Source of the DNA: an uncultured Verrucomicrobiae bacterium
Lineage (GTDB): Bacteria > Verrucomicrobiota > Verrucomicrobiia > Limisphaerales > UBA1100
Direction of reading: 5' to 3'
Assembly (NCBI GenBank): GCA_937775205.1
Contig: CALKBX010000005.1
Coordinates: 269,087 to 333,086, forward strand
DNA: 64,000 nucleotides
The notes under the pieces are model-generated. The model was given only the letters and a program-made list of their open reading frames with translations. It did not search any database and was not told the DNA's origin. Made by a program: the position numbers and the translations under genes. Positions 44,920-54,433 of the stretch are shown in pieces. Positions within the stretch are counted from its first letter, which is position 1. Every line of letters starts with the position of its first letter.

Positions 44920-45488
44920 TAGTCCTCCTCTTTCCGCCAGCGGGGGGAGATTTCATTTTCTACGCCGAGGTGGTCGAGGACGCGTGCGACTACGGTGTCA
45001 GCCAAATCCTCCAGCGTTTTTGCTTCGGAATAAAAATATGGGTTGGTGGGCATCATCGTGGCGCCGGCTAATAGAAGCAGCTCCATGTTTTTGACGTGGA
45101 CGAGACTGAGTGGCGTTTCGCGAGGGCAAAGGATCAGTATTTTGTTTTCCTTGAGCATCACGTCAGCGGCGCGCAGGAGGGCATCATCGCTGATGCCGTG
45201 GGCAATGCGGCCGAGGGTTCCCATCGTGCAGGGGAGGATCACCATCGAGTCGAATGCATTGGAGCCGCTTGCGAAGGGGACGTTCATGCTTTTGGAGGCG
45301 TGTAGCTGCACGCCCTCGGCGAGGCGCAATCCGTTGGGCAGTTCTTCCTTCAGCACGATTTGCGCGTAGCTACTGGTGATGACGTGAATTTCATGCTCGG
45401 TGGGGTCCAACCGATCGAGCAGGCGTTGGGTATAAATAGCGCCACTGGCGCCTGTGATGGCAACGAGAATTCTCACGGGCACGAGCAT
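44919..45488 (-). CDS. ubiX: Flavin prenyltransferase UbiX
   Basis: The start was trimmed to the ATG at 45488. MLVPVRILVAITGASGAIY..., ILPCTMGTLGRIAHG and CPRETPLS are present. Confidence 0.85.
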   Translation of the reverse strand: MLVPVRILVAITGASGAIYTQRLLDRLDPTEHEIHVITSSYAQIVLKEELPNGLRLAEGVQLHASKSMNVPFASGSNAFDSMVILPCTMGTLGRIAHGISDDALLRAADVMLKENKILILCPRETPLSLVHVKNMELLLLAGATMMPTNPYFYSEAKTLEDLADTVVARVLDHLGVENEISPRWRKEED

Positions 45489-45610
45489 TGCTTTTTCGGG
45501 GTAAATGGTGCAAGCGATTTGTTCACCATTGTGAATAACCTCGACATGGAGGCGGGTTAGGGGCAGGGTGCGCGTCGCATTTTTCGTGCCCTGTCGGCGC
45601 GACAAAGGAG

Positions 45611-46801
45611 GTGCAAACAAAATCAAAACGGGCGTATTCCGCTCTCTTGGCGGTCGTGGCCTTGGCGTCGTGTGAAATGACGCCACGCAGTCACGGACCG
45701 ATAACCTATCGTGTGCCCGCAGCCAAAAAACCTGCGGTCGCAAAACATCAACCTGCGCAACCGGTGAAACCCGTGCGCGTTGCCACGGCCAAGCCACCGC
45801 GGTATTTGCCGCCGGGCACGGGCACTGCGCCCACCACGCCTCCCACGCGTCCGAAGTTGCAGCCGGCGCAGCCGGTTATTTTGCAGGGCGAAAAACTAAT
45901 GCCCGCGCAAGCCTCGCCCAAGGATTACCGCGTGAAGGTTGCCAGCGCGGAATGGATTTCCCTCGAGCGCTGGGGAAAATTATATGAAGGCTGGTTTGGC
46001 CGCATCCAACAACGCAGCGGCACGGTACATCGTTTGGTGGCGGCGAATATGCGGTTTGACTTCACGCCGCGCCAGCGGCTCATCACCTGTCAAGGCATGC
46101 AAATCTGGATTGGCTTTGGGCCGCGTTTGGTGAAGGGCCATCTTTATATCCACGTGCTGGATGTGCAGAAACATCTCGCGCCGCTCATTTCCGGCATGCC
46201 CACGCTCGGCCGCGTGGCGGTGATCGATGCCGGGCACGGCAAGGACAACAAAGGAACGCGCAGCATCTTCAACAAGAAATACGAAAAGGAATACACGCTC
46301 GACTGGGCGATGCGGCTCAAGCCGCTTTTGGAGCGCAAAGGCTGGCGGGTGTATCTCACGCGCGCCACGGATGACAGCCTCTCGCTGACCGACCGCGTGA
46401 AGTTCGCCGATCGCGTGCACGCGTCGGTCTTCATCAGCCTGCACTTTAATGCTGCCGCCGCGAAGGTGAGCGGGTTGGAAACCTATTGCATTTCTCCCAC
46501 CGGCATGCCCTCGCACTTCACGCGTGGCAACCCTGATCCGGTTGCCACCAAACTCCCCAACAACCCGTGGGACGCCAGCAGCTTTCAACTCGCCGCGCGC
46601 GTGCATAATCAATTACTGCTCACTTGCCGCATGCCCGACCGCGGCGTGCGGCGCGTGCGTTTCATGTCCGTCATCAAAGGCCAGAAACGCCCCGCGATTT
46701 TGGTGGAAGGCGGCTATCTTTCCAACCCCACCGAATCAAGAAAAGTCGACACCGCAGCCTATCGGCAAAAGTTAGCTGAAGGCGTGGCATCGGCGTTATA
46801 A
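45611..46801 (+). CDS. N-acetylmuramoyl-L-alanine amidase (Amidase_3), lipoprotein with Pro-rich linker
   Basis: GTG start with aaggag 3 nt upstream. Lipobox LASC. VAVIDAGHGKDNKGT...EYTLDWAMRLKPLLERKGWRVYLTR...FISLHFNAA...ILVEGGYLSNPTE. Confidence 0.85.
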   Translation: MQTKSKRAYSALLAVVALASCEMTPRSHGPITYRVPAAKKPAVAKHQPAQPVKPVRVATAKPPRYLPPGTGTAPTTPPTRPKLQPAQPVILQGEKLMPAQASPKDYRVKVASAEWISLERWGKLYEGWFGRIQQRSGTVHRLVAANMRFDFTPRQRLITCQGMQIWIGFGPRLVKGHLYIHVLDVQKHLAPLISGMPTLGRVAVIDAGHGKDNKGTRSIFNKKYEKEYTLDWAMRLKPLLERKGWRVYLTRATDDSLSLTDRVKFADRVHASVFISLHFNAAAAKVSGLETYCISPTGMPSHFTRGNPDPVATKLPNNPWDASSFQLAARVHNQLLLTCRMPDRGVRRVRFMSVIKGQKRPAILVEGGYLSNPTESRKVDTAAYRQKLAEGVASAL

Positions 46802-46804
46802 ATT

Positions 46805-47341
46805 TCACCACTCCACTTCCACCTTCAGCTTATTTCCAAACCGATTGGTGTAAAACAAATGCCCGTGGGCCGCGCCGTATTCGTGGACGAGCTTGGTGAT
46901 CTTCACATCGAAGCAGCAGTACTCGGCGATCTCGGCGAGCTTGCCTTGCTTGAACCACTCGATGGCCTGCAATCCCTCGGCGGATTTCTCGCAGCCGAGC
47001 GTGGCTTGGGCGATGGAGTCGAGCTTGAGCCGATGGCCGAGCGTGTCATTGAGCACAATCAACATATCCAGCGAAGGCACCTGGCTGAAATCAAAAATCG
47101 AGTAGCCCTCCAGCACGCGATAATCAAACCGGATGTGATTGAACCCCACCACGAGATCGGCGCGCTGGAGTTCCTTGATTAAGTCCTCCACCTCCGGTTC
47201 GCCATAAATTTTGTAATCCCCGCGCGCCGTGCTGTACGTGACGCCGATGCTCATCCCCATCTTGTCAATATGGCTCCACCCACCCACATCATCAGCGGCG
47301 TGCTTAGTTTCCAAATCGAAGTAGACGATGTTTTGACTCAT
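46805..47341 (-). CDS. RNase-H-like DEDD 3'-5' exonuclease domain protein
   Basis: VYFDLET (Exo I), VVGFNHIRFDYRVL (Exo II-like) and HRLKLDSIAQ (Exo III-like). 178 aa. Confidence 0.6.
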   Translation of the reverse strand: MSQNIVYFDLETKHAADDVGGWSHIDKMGMSIGVTYSTARGDYKIYGEPEVEDLIKELQRADLVVGFNHIRFDYRVLEGYSIFDFSQVPSLDMLIVLNDTLGHRLKLDSIAQATLGCEKSAEGLQAIEWFKQGKLAEIAEYCCFDVKITKLVHEYGAAHGHLFYTNRFGNKLKVEVEW

Positions 47342-48753
47342 TAGCGTTCGCGGGCTTTTGGTAAATGGGTGGCTTGGCCGAAGAGGGCTTCGGAGGCTTC
47401 GAGGATGGCTTCGCTGAGGGTGGGGTGGGCGAAGATGGTTTCGGTGAGTTGCTCGGCGGTGGCTTTCAATTTGATGGCGAGGGTGATTTGGCCGATGAGT
47501 TCGGCGGCGTGACCGCCGAGGATGTGGCCGCCGAGGAGTTGGCCGGTTTCGGCGTGGGCGATGAGTTTGACGAATCCATCAGTCTCCCCCTGCGCAAGGG
47601 CTTTGCCAATGGCGGCGAAGGGGAAGCGGCCCATTCGGATGGGGATGCCACGCGCCTCAGCCTCTGCTTCGGTGAGGCCGATGGTGGCGATCTCGGGATG
47701 CGTGAACACGGCGGCGGGGATTTCATCGTAATTCATCCGGGCCTCGTTTTCGTTGGCGATGAGGTTATCCACCACCACGCGGCCTTGGGCGGTGGCGACG
47801 TGGGCGAGTTGCATTTTGCCGGTCACATCGCCAATGGCAAAAATGTTAGGCACGTTGGTTTGGAGGAATTCATTAACACCAATCGCGCGGCCATCGAGCG
47901 CCACGCCGGCGGTTTCGAGGCCTAGGTCTTCGGTGTTGGGCGTGCGGCCCACGGCGACGAGGAGGTGCGTGCCTTCGAGGGTTTCATCGGCTAATTGGAC
48001 GGTGACGCCTTCGGCGGTGGCGGTGGCGGTTTGGACGGTTTCGTTCAGGCGCACGGTGATTTTTTGGCGTTTGAATCCGCGTCGCAAAAAATCGCAGAGA
48101 TCGGGATCCATCCCGGGGAGCAAGCGCGGTTCGGCCTCGAGCACGGTGACTTCGCTGCCGAGCGCGGCAAAGATGCTCGCAAACTCGCAGCCGATGTAGC
48201 CGCCGCCGAGGATGAGCAGGCGCGGCGGCAAATCAGTGAGCGTCAGCAAATCATCGCTGTTGAGAATACGCGCGCCATCGCGCGGGGCGATTGGCAATTC
48301 CGTGGGGCGCGAACCGGTGGCGAGGATAATGGCGCGCGGATTGGCAATCGTTTGGGTGACGTTGCCTTCGGCATCGGTCACTTCAATCTCGGTGGGGCTC
48401 TTCAATCGCCCGCGGCCTTTGATGAAATCGACGCCGTTTTTATCGATGAGATTTTGCACGCCCGCCGCGAGCTTGGTCACCACCTTTTGGCGGCGCTCCA
48501 CAATGGCGGCCAACTGCGCCTCCGCCTGGGAAATGCTCACGGCCCATTGGCTGGACTGCTGCGCTTGGCGGAGGAGATCCACGCTGGCCACCATCGTTTT
48601 GGTGGGGATGCAGCCGGTGTGCAGGCACACGCCGCCGGGCGGATTGGGATCCACCAACGCCACCCGCAGCCCGTGATGCGCCGCGCGAATGGCGGACACA
48701 TACCCACCGGGGCCGGCGCCAACGATGGCGAGGTCATAATTCGAATCACTCAC
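47341..48753 (-). CDS. lpdA: Dihydrolipoyl dehydrogenase
   Basis: YDLAIVGAGPGGYVSAIRAA...GGVCLHTGCIPTK (redox disulfide) and the C-terminal HAHPTLSE. Confidence 0.9.
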   Translation of the reverse strand: MSDSNYDLAIVGAGPGGYVSAIRAAHHGLRVALVDPNPPGGVCLHTGCIPTKTMVASVDLLRQAQQSSQWAVSISQAEAQLAAIVERRQKVVTKLAAGVQNLIDKNGVDFIKGRGRLKSPTEIEVTDAEGNVTQTIANPRAIILATGSRPTELPIAPRDGARILNSDDLLTLTDLPPRLLILGGGYIGCEFASIFAALGSEVTVLEAEPRLLPGMDPDLCDFLRRGFKRQKITVRLNETVQTATATAEGVTVQLADETLEGTHLLVAVGRTPNTEDLGLETAGVALDGRAIGVNEFLQTNVPNIFAIGDVTGKMQLAHVATAQGRVVVDNLIANENEARMNYDEIPAAVFTHPEIATIGLTEAEAEARGIPIRMGRFPFAAIGKALAQGETDGFVKLIAHAETGQLLGGHILGGHAAELIGQITLAIKLKATAEQLTETIFAHPTLSEAILEASEALFGQATHLPKARER

Positions 48754-48803
48754 GCGCGCAATCTAGCGACGAAGCGGCCAGAGGCAAACAAAGAATTTTT
48801 TAA

Positions 48804-48878
48804 GGGAGTAGTGAATGGGGATTAGGGAGTAGGGGTGTGAATTTGGCCACTACTCCCTAATCCCTATTCACCACTCCC
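48804..48878. repeat. Long imperfect palindrome in the lpd/pssA divergent intergenic region
   Basis: The arms 48804-48832 (gggagtagtgaatggggattagggagtag) and 48850-48878 (ctactccctaatccctattcaccactccc) are complementary at 27 of 29 positions, with a 17-nt spacer. Each arm contains an internal direct repeat (GGGAGTAG x2; ACTCCCTAATCCC x2). An extra taatccccc follows at 48879-48887. Confidence 0.8.
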
Positions 48879-48961
48879 TAATCCCCCTATTATCGGCTTT
48901 AGTTTTTGGCTGTGTTGGGGTAGCGTGCGGCTGTTTTCCGGTGCTGGGCGCCGGGGTATTG

Positions 48962-49900
48962 ATGTCTGAATCCAAACCCAACGAGCGTGGTTCGAACGGT
49001 TCGAGTGGCTCCAATGATAATGGGGAGTTGAAGATTTATTTTCTGCCGAATTTGTTGACGGCGGGGAATTTGTTTTGTGGCTTTTTGGCGTTGACGATTA
49101 TTGTGGGGGCGCCGTCGTTGTACGAGTGGGACCCAACGAAGTACTCGGCATTTGGCGATCAATTTGTTGCGGCGAAGCAGGCGATTTATTGGGCGCTGGA
49201 ATTGATTTTGCTGGCGTGTGTGTTTGATGTGTTGGACGGGCGGGTGGCGCGGCTCGGGGGGTATGATAGTCCGTTCGGGCGGGAGTTTGATTCGCTGGCG
49301 GATGTGGTTTCCTTCGGGATTGTGCCGGCGTTTTTGGTGCATCGGGTGGTGTTGGGCGATGTGTTTCAGAAATCGCCGGAGGTGGGCTGGGGGATCGCCT
49401 CAATTTATGTGATTTGCGGGGCGCTGCGGTTGGCTCGGTTTAATTGTTATGCGGCCATGGAGGATGACTGTAAGGCGCGGGGCGAGGTGGCGGGGAGTCA
49501 TTCTAGGGAGTTCATGGGATTCCCCATCCCGGCGGCGGCGGGGATGGTGGCGAGCATCACTTATTTTTTGATTTGGTTTGAGGATAAAGGGTTTACGCAG
49601 GGCGCCTGGAAATTCGCGCTGCCGGTGTTGTTGCTGTTTCTCTCGGCGATGATGGTGAGCAAGGTGGCTTACCCGACTTTCAAGAAAGTAAACCTGCGAG
49701 GGTCGCGTTCATTTTTCTTTATGGTAATCGCCGCAGTGGGCATTGGGCTGGTGGCGACGGTGGGGCGGAAGTACGCGCTGCCGATAGGCGCGCCGTTGAT
49801 TTTTATTGTGTATCTCGTGTACGGCTTTGTGCGGCCGTGGATGCCGCATCGCGCGCGGCGCGAGATTGAGGAGGATGTGTCGGAGGAAAGCAGGGAGTGA
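48962..49900 (+). CDS. pssA: CDP-diacylglycerol--serine O-phosphatidyltransferase
   Basis: LPNLLTAGNLFCGFLAL; DVLDGRVARLGGYDSPFGREFDSLADVVSFG carries the CDP-alcohol phosphatidyltransferase motif. The ATG at 48962 was preferred over the track start at 48941. Confidence 0.85.
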   Translation: MSESKPNERGSNGSSGSNDNGELKIYFLPNLLTAGNLFCGFLALTIIVGAPSLYEWDPTKYSAFGDQFVAAKQAIYWALELILLACVFDVLDGRVARLGGYDSPFGREFDSLADVVSFGIVPAFLVHRVVLGDVFQKSPEVGWGIASIYVICGALRLARFNCYAAMEDDCKARGEVAGSHSREFMGFPIPAAAGMVASITYFLIWFEDKGFTQGAWKFALPVLLLFLSAMMVSKVAYPTFKKVNLRGSRSFFFMVIAAVGIGLVATVGRKYALPIGAPLIFIVYLVYGFVRPWMPHRARREIEEDVSEESRE

Positions 49901-49927
49901 ATTGTGCTTCCGGCACGTGGGGTAAAT

Positions 49928-52285
49928 TTATTTTGAGAATTGTTTTGCTCTGGCTATGGCTTCGTCGATGCCGGTAGCTTTGAGGGTGGCGAGCTTGTCA
50001 AGTTCGGTCATGAGCTCGTCAAGTTCGGCCATGATTTCACCCAATTCACCCCATGGTTCAAGGAGTCCGGCGCTGAGCAGCGGGACGATAATTTTGGCGG
50101 CTTCAGGATGCTTGGGGGATTCTGCAAAATAATTATCACGGACGAATTTTTTCAGTGTTCCGGTTTTAGCTTCGGACCATTGCTCTAGTGGGCCGATGAT
50201 CTTTTTATCGATGATGCCGGCTTGCTTCAGGCTGTCCGCGAGTTGTCGGGCAATTGGCTGTTCTTTATCGGCAATTGTCTGTTCTTTATATAAAATATTC
50301 TCTTTAACTTCACTGATTTCCGAAGGCAATCCTTTCTTGCGGCCTTCGAGCGAGCTAATGATAATTTCGGAATTCAGTTGGCGTAGGTGGCTGGCAAACC
50401 AATCGTTGGCGGCGGCTTGAGTGCGGGTATTTTTTCGTTGTTGCGCGGCGTAATTGCGGAGCTCGCTCGCATCGGTCGCAGCACCTTCCCGGCGTTCGGT
50501 GATGTGCAGCACGTAACCTGCGATGGTGTCATTAAAGGAAACGCCACCCCCGCCGCCGAAGTTCTCGAGAAAGCCGGTGAGGTTTTCTTTTTCGGGGTCG
50601 GCTTTGGCCTGTTGAGTTTGTTCGTGGGTGAACAGGGCGTTTTGAAGGGTGCTTAATGGCACGAGATCTCTCAGCAAATCAATGTGGTTGGTGTCGGCAT
50701 TGGCGTACAGTGAAAAGGCCGGGAGAGTCACGATGCTCAGGCCAGCGTTGGTGGCGGCGTGGGTGAAGGATTGCCCTTCTTTGAGGCTGGCCTCGGCGGC
50801 GGCCTGAAATTCTTCACCGGCTTCAAGCGCTAACCGGCGAGTTTCGGATGTGAGGAAACTTTCGTGAACTTTATTTTGCTCATCCTTGGTAAGCTCGGCG
50901 TATTGTCGCAGTTTGAGGGGCGTAATGGTTTGCAGGCCGAGAATGTAAATGTGGTTCGGGTTTGTGGTAAATACGGCGCTCTCGAGCAATTTGCCGGACT
51001 TGAGAGAGGGGGCAAAGGCGGCCTCGATGAGGGAGCCGGGTAAATCTTCGGGGGGTTCTTCCCGGCTAAAGGTGGCGGTTTGGAGCTGCAAATTGAATTG
51101 TTTTGCGCTCGCCGCCAGATTGGCGGTGGCAAAGGGGCGCAGGCTGAAGAGGGCTTTGCGGAAGGCCAGTGCTTGGACGCGTGCGGCGGCGTTGGAGGCT
51201 TCAAAAATCCGGTCGCCCAAGGGCGTTTTGCGCACTTCTTCCTCGGCGCGGGCGAGGAGGTTGGTGGCGTTGATGGGCAGTGCGGTGCCGTTGGTTTCGG
51301 TAATTCGGTTGGTGGTGGTGTTGTGCAGCTCGATGAGTTTTTGCACCTCGTCATCAAATTTTAATTCCTTGCGGATGTCGCCCTCGAAATCGGCGAGGTT
51401 GATTTTTACATAGGCGATGGTGCGGTGCACGGGCACTTGGTATTGATTGGCGACTTGGTTGAAATGATTGGTGAAGCCTTCAGCTTTCGTGAAGTCGGTG
51501 TAATTGGTGGCGCTGGCGGTGTGGTTGGTGAGTGAAATAAACGCGGCTTCGAGGGCGTACTTGCGGTTTTGTCGCGCGAGAGTGTCGTCCATATCCGTAT
51601 CGGGCCAAAACCCGGCGCTGCGGTTCATCATTTCGTTGAGCTGCTGAAGCGTGAGCCGGCTGCGCAGATAATCTTCGAATTGTTCCTGCCCAATGCGGCC
51701 GGAAGCGATGAAGTCGCCTTTGGCCAGTTGTTTCAGTAGTTGGTCAAATTGGTCGGTGCTGAATTCCTGAGTGCCAGTGAGGTTTTGCACCATGTAATTT
51801 CGCGAGGCGTTTACGGCGTTGTCGCTGATGACAATGCCCAGCTCGGCGGCCAGAGACAATTTCCGCAAACGAACGCGGGCGCTGTATTCCAAGCTGTTGA
51901 TGTCGTTGTAGTCGTCGCCGTTGAGATCGATGTGGCGCGAATTCCCGGCCATGCGGCTGGCGCTGGCGTTGGACAGGATGTCCGGAGATTGCATCAATCG
52001 AAAGGCCTCTTGAAAATTTCCACCGGACATTTGAATGGCTTCCTGCATTCGGCCGGCGCGCGAGAGCATTTGCACCCGCACTTGGCGCTGGCGCAGTCCG
52101 ATGACTTCCTCGAGAAGAATCTGATTCTGTGCCTGTTTCACCGCGGCGGCATCGGCGGTGAGATTGCCCGGGCCGGTGTCGAAGGGGTCAAAGTTGGGTG
52201 TGAAAAAGACGACAAAGCTGATGACGACCACAATAATGATTGCGATCCACAGCGGCTGCGAGTGTTTACGAAAGGTTCCAAACAT
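49928..52285 (-). CDS. PpiD/SurA-N-domain-like periplasmic chaperone, N-terminally membrane-anchored
   Basis: MFGTFRKHSQPLWIAIIIVVVISFVVFF matches the PpiD-type N-terminal anchor. A long helical periplasmic region follows. I could not see an obvious parvulin PPIase motif. Confidence 0.5.
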   Translation of the reverse strand: MFGTFRKHSQPLWIAIIIVVVISFVVFFTPNFDPFDTGPGNLTADAAAVKQAQNQILLEEVIGLRQRQVRVQMLSRAGRMQEAIQMSGGNFQEAFRLMQSPDILSNASASRMAGNSRHIDLNGDDYNDINSLEYSARVRLRKLSLAAELGIVISDNAVNASRNYMVQNLTGTQEFSTDQFDQLLKQLAKGDFIASGRIGQEQFEDYLRSRLTLQQLNEMMNRSAGFWPDTDMDDTLARQNRKYALEAAFISLTNHTASATNYTDFTKAEGFTNHFNQVANQYQVPVHRTIAYVKINLADFEGDIRKELKFDDEVQKLIELHNTTTNRITETNGTALPINATNLLARAEEEVRKTPLGDRIFEASNAAARVQALAFRKALFSLRPFATANLAASAKQFNLQLQTATFSREEPPEDLPGSLIEAAFAPSLKSGKLLESAVFTTNPNHIYILGLQTITPLKLRQYAELTKDEQNKVHESFLTSETRRLALEAGEEFQAAAEASLKEGQSFTHAATNAGLSIVTLPAFSLYANADTNHIDLLRDLVPLSTLQNALFTHEQTQQAKADPEKENLTGFLENFGGGGGVSFNDTIAGYVLHITERREGAATDASELRNYAAQQRKNTRTQAAANDWFASHLRQLNSEIIISSLEGRKKGLPSEISEVKENILYKEQTIADKEQPIARQLADSLKQAGIIDKKIIGPLEQWSEAKTGTLKKFVRDNYFAESPKHPEAAKIIVPLLSAGLLEPWGELGEIMAELDELMTELDKLATLKATGIDEAIARAKQFSK

Positions 52286-52398
52286 AGGCCTGTAAAATGA
52301 GACGCGAACGCATACCGCACCGGCTCGGATGGGTCAAATCAATTTGACCGCCAAATCGCTTTACAAGCCGCCGCGCCGGTGCAAGGCTTCGGCGCATC

Positions 52399-52785
52399 AT
52401 GACACGGCAAACGGGTATCCTCATCATTTTCCTCACGGCGCTGCTGCTGGGCGGCTGCGCCCGCGCCACGCTCACCAACCTCACGGTGGGCCAACAGCCG
52501 CGCGACGCCAATGGCCTTTATCGCGTGGAAATCATTTGGGAAAACAACGCCAACGGCGTCCGCCACGAGACGGTGCAGCCAGTGGTGCTGGTGGGCACCA
52601 ATGTATTCCCCATGGCGCGCACGGCACTGGTTTCCAGCCGCTGGGAGACGCTCCTGCCCGTGGCGGCCGATGCGGCGGGCGTGGCTTATCGCGTTCGGGT
52701 GGACTGGGAATTCAATGCCATTCCTGTTCCTGAGGCCAATAGTAAAATGTCTGGGGCGTTTCAGTTGATCATAAAAGACAAATGA
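52399..52785 (+). CDS. Hypothetical lipoprotein (128 aa)
   Basis: ILIIFLTALLLGGCARA carries a lipobox. The stop overlaps the next start (ATGA). Confidence 0.6.
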   Translation: MTRQTGILIIFLTALLLGGCARATLTNLTVGQQPRDANGLYRVEIIWENNANGVRHETVQPVVLVGTNVFPMARTALVSSRWETLLPVAADAAGVAYRVRVDWEFNAIPVPEANSKMSGAFQLIIKDK

Positions 52786-53198
52786 GCCGGTCGATGCCAA
52801 GCTGGATTCGTCACGCCATGCGGATTGCCGTGGTTGTCACTCTTGCTTTTGGGTTGGGGCCGCGTTTGGAATTGCTGCAATTGGTTGCTTGGAGTAATAT
52901 GACTTCAGTGAATCTCGAGGTCATGCCTATGGATCAGGCAATTGAGAAAGCTATGAGTGGGCAGGATATCTGTGGCATTTGCCGAATCATCCAGCAAACC
53001 CAAAACTGCCAGAATGAAGTGCCTGACGAATCCATTTTGGCGAAGATTTTCAATCCGTTGATCTCTTTACCCCCCCCCAATGGCGTTAGAGTTACTGAGG
53101 TTTCCTTTGGGTCATCATATTTAATTTTCGATCCGTGTTCTATTTTTATAATTGAACAACCCTCTCCCCCATCGCCACCGCCTCAATTGGTGGTTTAG
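52782..53198 (+). CDS. Hypothetical membrane protein with CGIC motif and Pro-rich C-terminus
   Basis: One N-terminal hydrophobic segment, LELLQLVAWSNM, DICGICRII, and an end reading QPSPPSPPPQLVV. It lies in lower-GC sequence. Confidence 0.5.
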   Translation: MSRSMPSWIRHAMRIAVVVTLAFGLGPRLELLQLVAWSNMTSVNLEVMPMDQAIEKAMSGQDICGICRIIQQTQNCQNEVPDESILAKIFNPLISLPPPNGVRVTEVSFGSSYLIFDPCSIFIIEQPSPPSPPPQLVV

Positions 53199-53315
53199 CT
53201 TCCTTTTCCTTCAAACACAAAATCCGTCAAGTGCCTATGAGGCTCTCTACGGTTTATAGAAGTGACCTGACACGTTGCTACTCAAAATACAAAAATTTAA
53301 AATCCGAGATATAAC

Positions 53316-54068
53316 ATGAATAAAGAGAAAATAAATAAAACGCGTCAAACAGGTTTTACTCTAATTGAACTTCTGGTGGTTATCGCAATTATTGGAATCT
53401 TAGCCTCCATGCTCCTGCCCGCCCTCGCGCGTGCTAAGGCCAAGGCTGCCCGCATCAAGTGCGTAAACAATCTTGCGCAGATTGGCAAAGCTTCCATTGG
53501 CTTTGCTCAGGACAACGGAGGTCGGATGCCTTGGCAATTGACCCCCCGTGGAATCATGAATCATTTTGGTCATCACACAATGCATTCCCGAATGACGGGT
53601 TGTATTATTGGGACGGCGGCCATGAAAAGCGAACTGCAGACGGCTAAGATAATCACCTCCCCCTGTGATGCCGCCCGCGAGGCTGCAAATGAGGTTTGCC
53701 AGTCCAAATGGGCAAGCTATAACACAAAGGCTCAAGGCCATAACATGGAGTTGGCAAAGGCGATCAGTTATGGGTTTGTAGAGGGTGCTGACAGTGTTCG
53801 TCCCGCCTCCATCCTCGCGGTGACACTAAACGTGCATGGCGAGGACCTTGCGGCTGCTGATTGGTGTGGTGCGGATGAAGACTCCCCGCCTGCGAACGCT
53901 TTCACCGGGCTAAATAAAAGTCAGGGCCAGTTGGTGTTAATGGATGGTAGCGCGAAGCAATCTACCGATGCAGACCTTGGAGCCAGTGGTAAGCTCGTTA
54001 AGTCGCACATTAATTCCAGAGGCGGAGTGACCATGGGGCCTTCTAAAACTAAGGTGTTTCGAAAATAG
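53316..54068 (+). CDS. Prepilin-type N-terminal cleavage/methylation domain protein (DUF1559-like pseudopilin)
   Basis: [35 protein letters not shown] is the class III signal (G/F cleavage, E+5). The C-terminal [10 protein letters not shown] resembles the DUF1559 HX9DG-type end. Confidence 0.85.
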   Translation: MNKEKINKTRQTGFTLIELLVVIAIIGILASMLLPALARAKAKAARIKCVNNLAQIGKASIGFAQDNGGRMPWQLTPRGIMNHFGHHTMHSRMTGCIIGTAAMKSELQTAKIITSPCDAAREAANEVCQSKWASYNTKAQGHNMELAKAISYGFVEGADSVRPASILAVTLNVHGEDLAAADWCGADEDSPPANAFTGLNKSQGQLVLMDGSAKQSTDADLGASGKLVKSHINSRGGVTMGPSKTKVFRK

Positions 54069-54086
54069 AGCACGGACATCCTCACG

Positions 54087-54115
54087 AAGGCACCCTGCAA
54101 AGGGTGCCTTTTTTA
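54087..54115 (+). terminator. Rho-independent terminator after the pseudopilin gene
   Basis: aaggcaccc-tgcaa-agggtgcctt followed by a T-run (tttttt). It starts 19 nt after the stop. Confidence 0.75.
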
Positions 54116-54193
54116 TGTCAATAAGACTAACAAAAGCCCCTTGACCGCGGGCGGGCAAATGCTGTCTTTGGGGGCGCAGCCTTTTTTGAAGGA

Positions 54194-54433
54194 ATGAAAG
54201 CCAAAGTCATCATCACCCCCAAGCGCGCGGTGCTCGATCCGCAGGGCAAGACCGTGCAGACCGCTCTCGAGCATATGGGCTGCGCCGGCGTGCGCGACGT
54301 GCGCATCGGCAAATACATCGAGATCGAAATGGATGGCGACCGCGAAACCGTTGAGGCCAAGCTCAGCGAATACGCCGATAAATTTCTCGCCAACCCAAAC
54401 ATCGAAGACTACCGGCTGGTTTTTGAGGACTGA
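54194..54433 (+). CDS. purS: Phosphoribosylformylglycinamidine synthase subunit PurS
   Basis: 79 aa. [29 protein letters not shown]... Confidence 0.9.
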   Translation: MKAKVIITPKRAVLDPQGKTVQTALEHMGCAGVRDVRIGKYIEIEMDGDRETVEAKLSEYADKFLANPNIEDYRLVFED

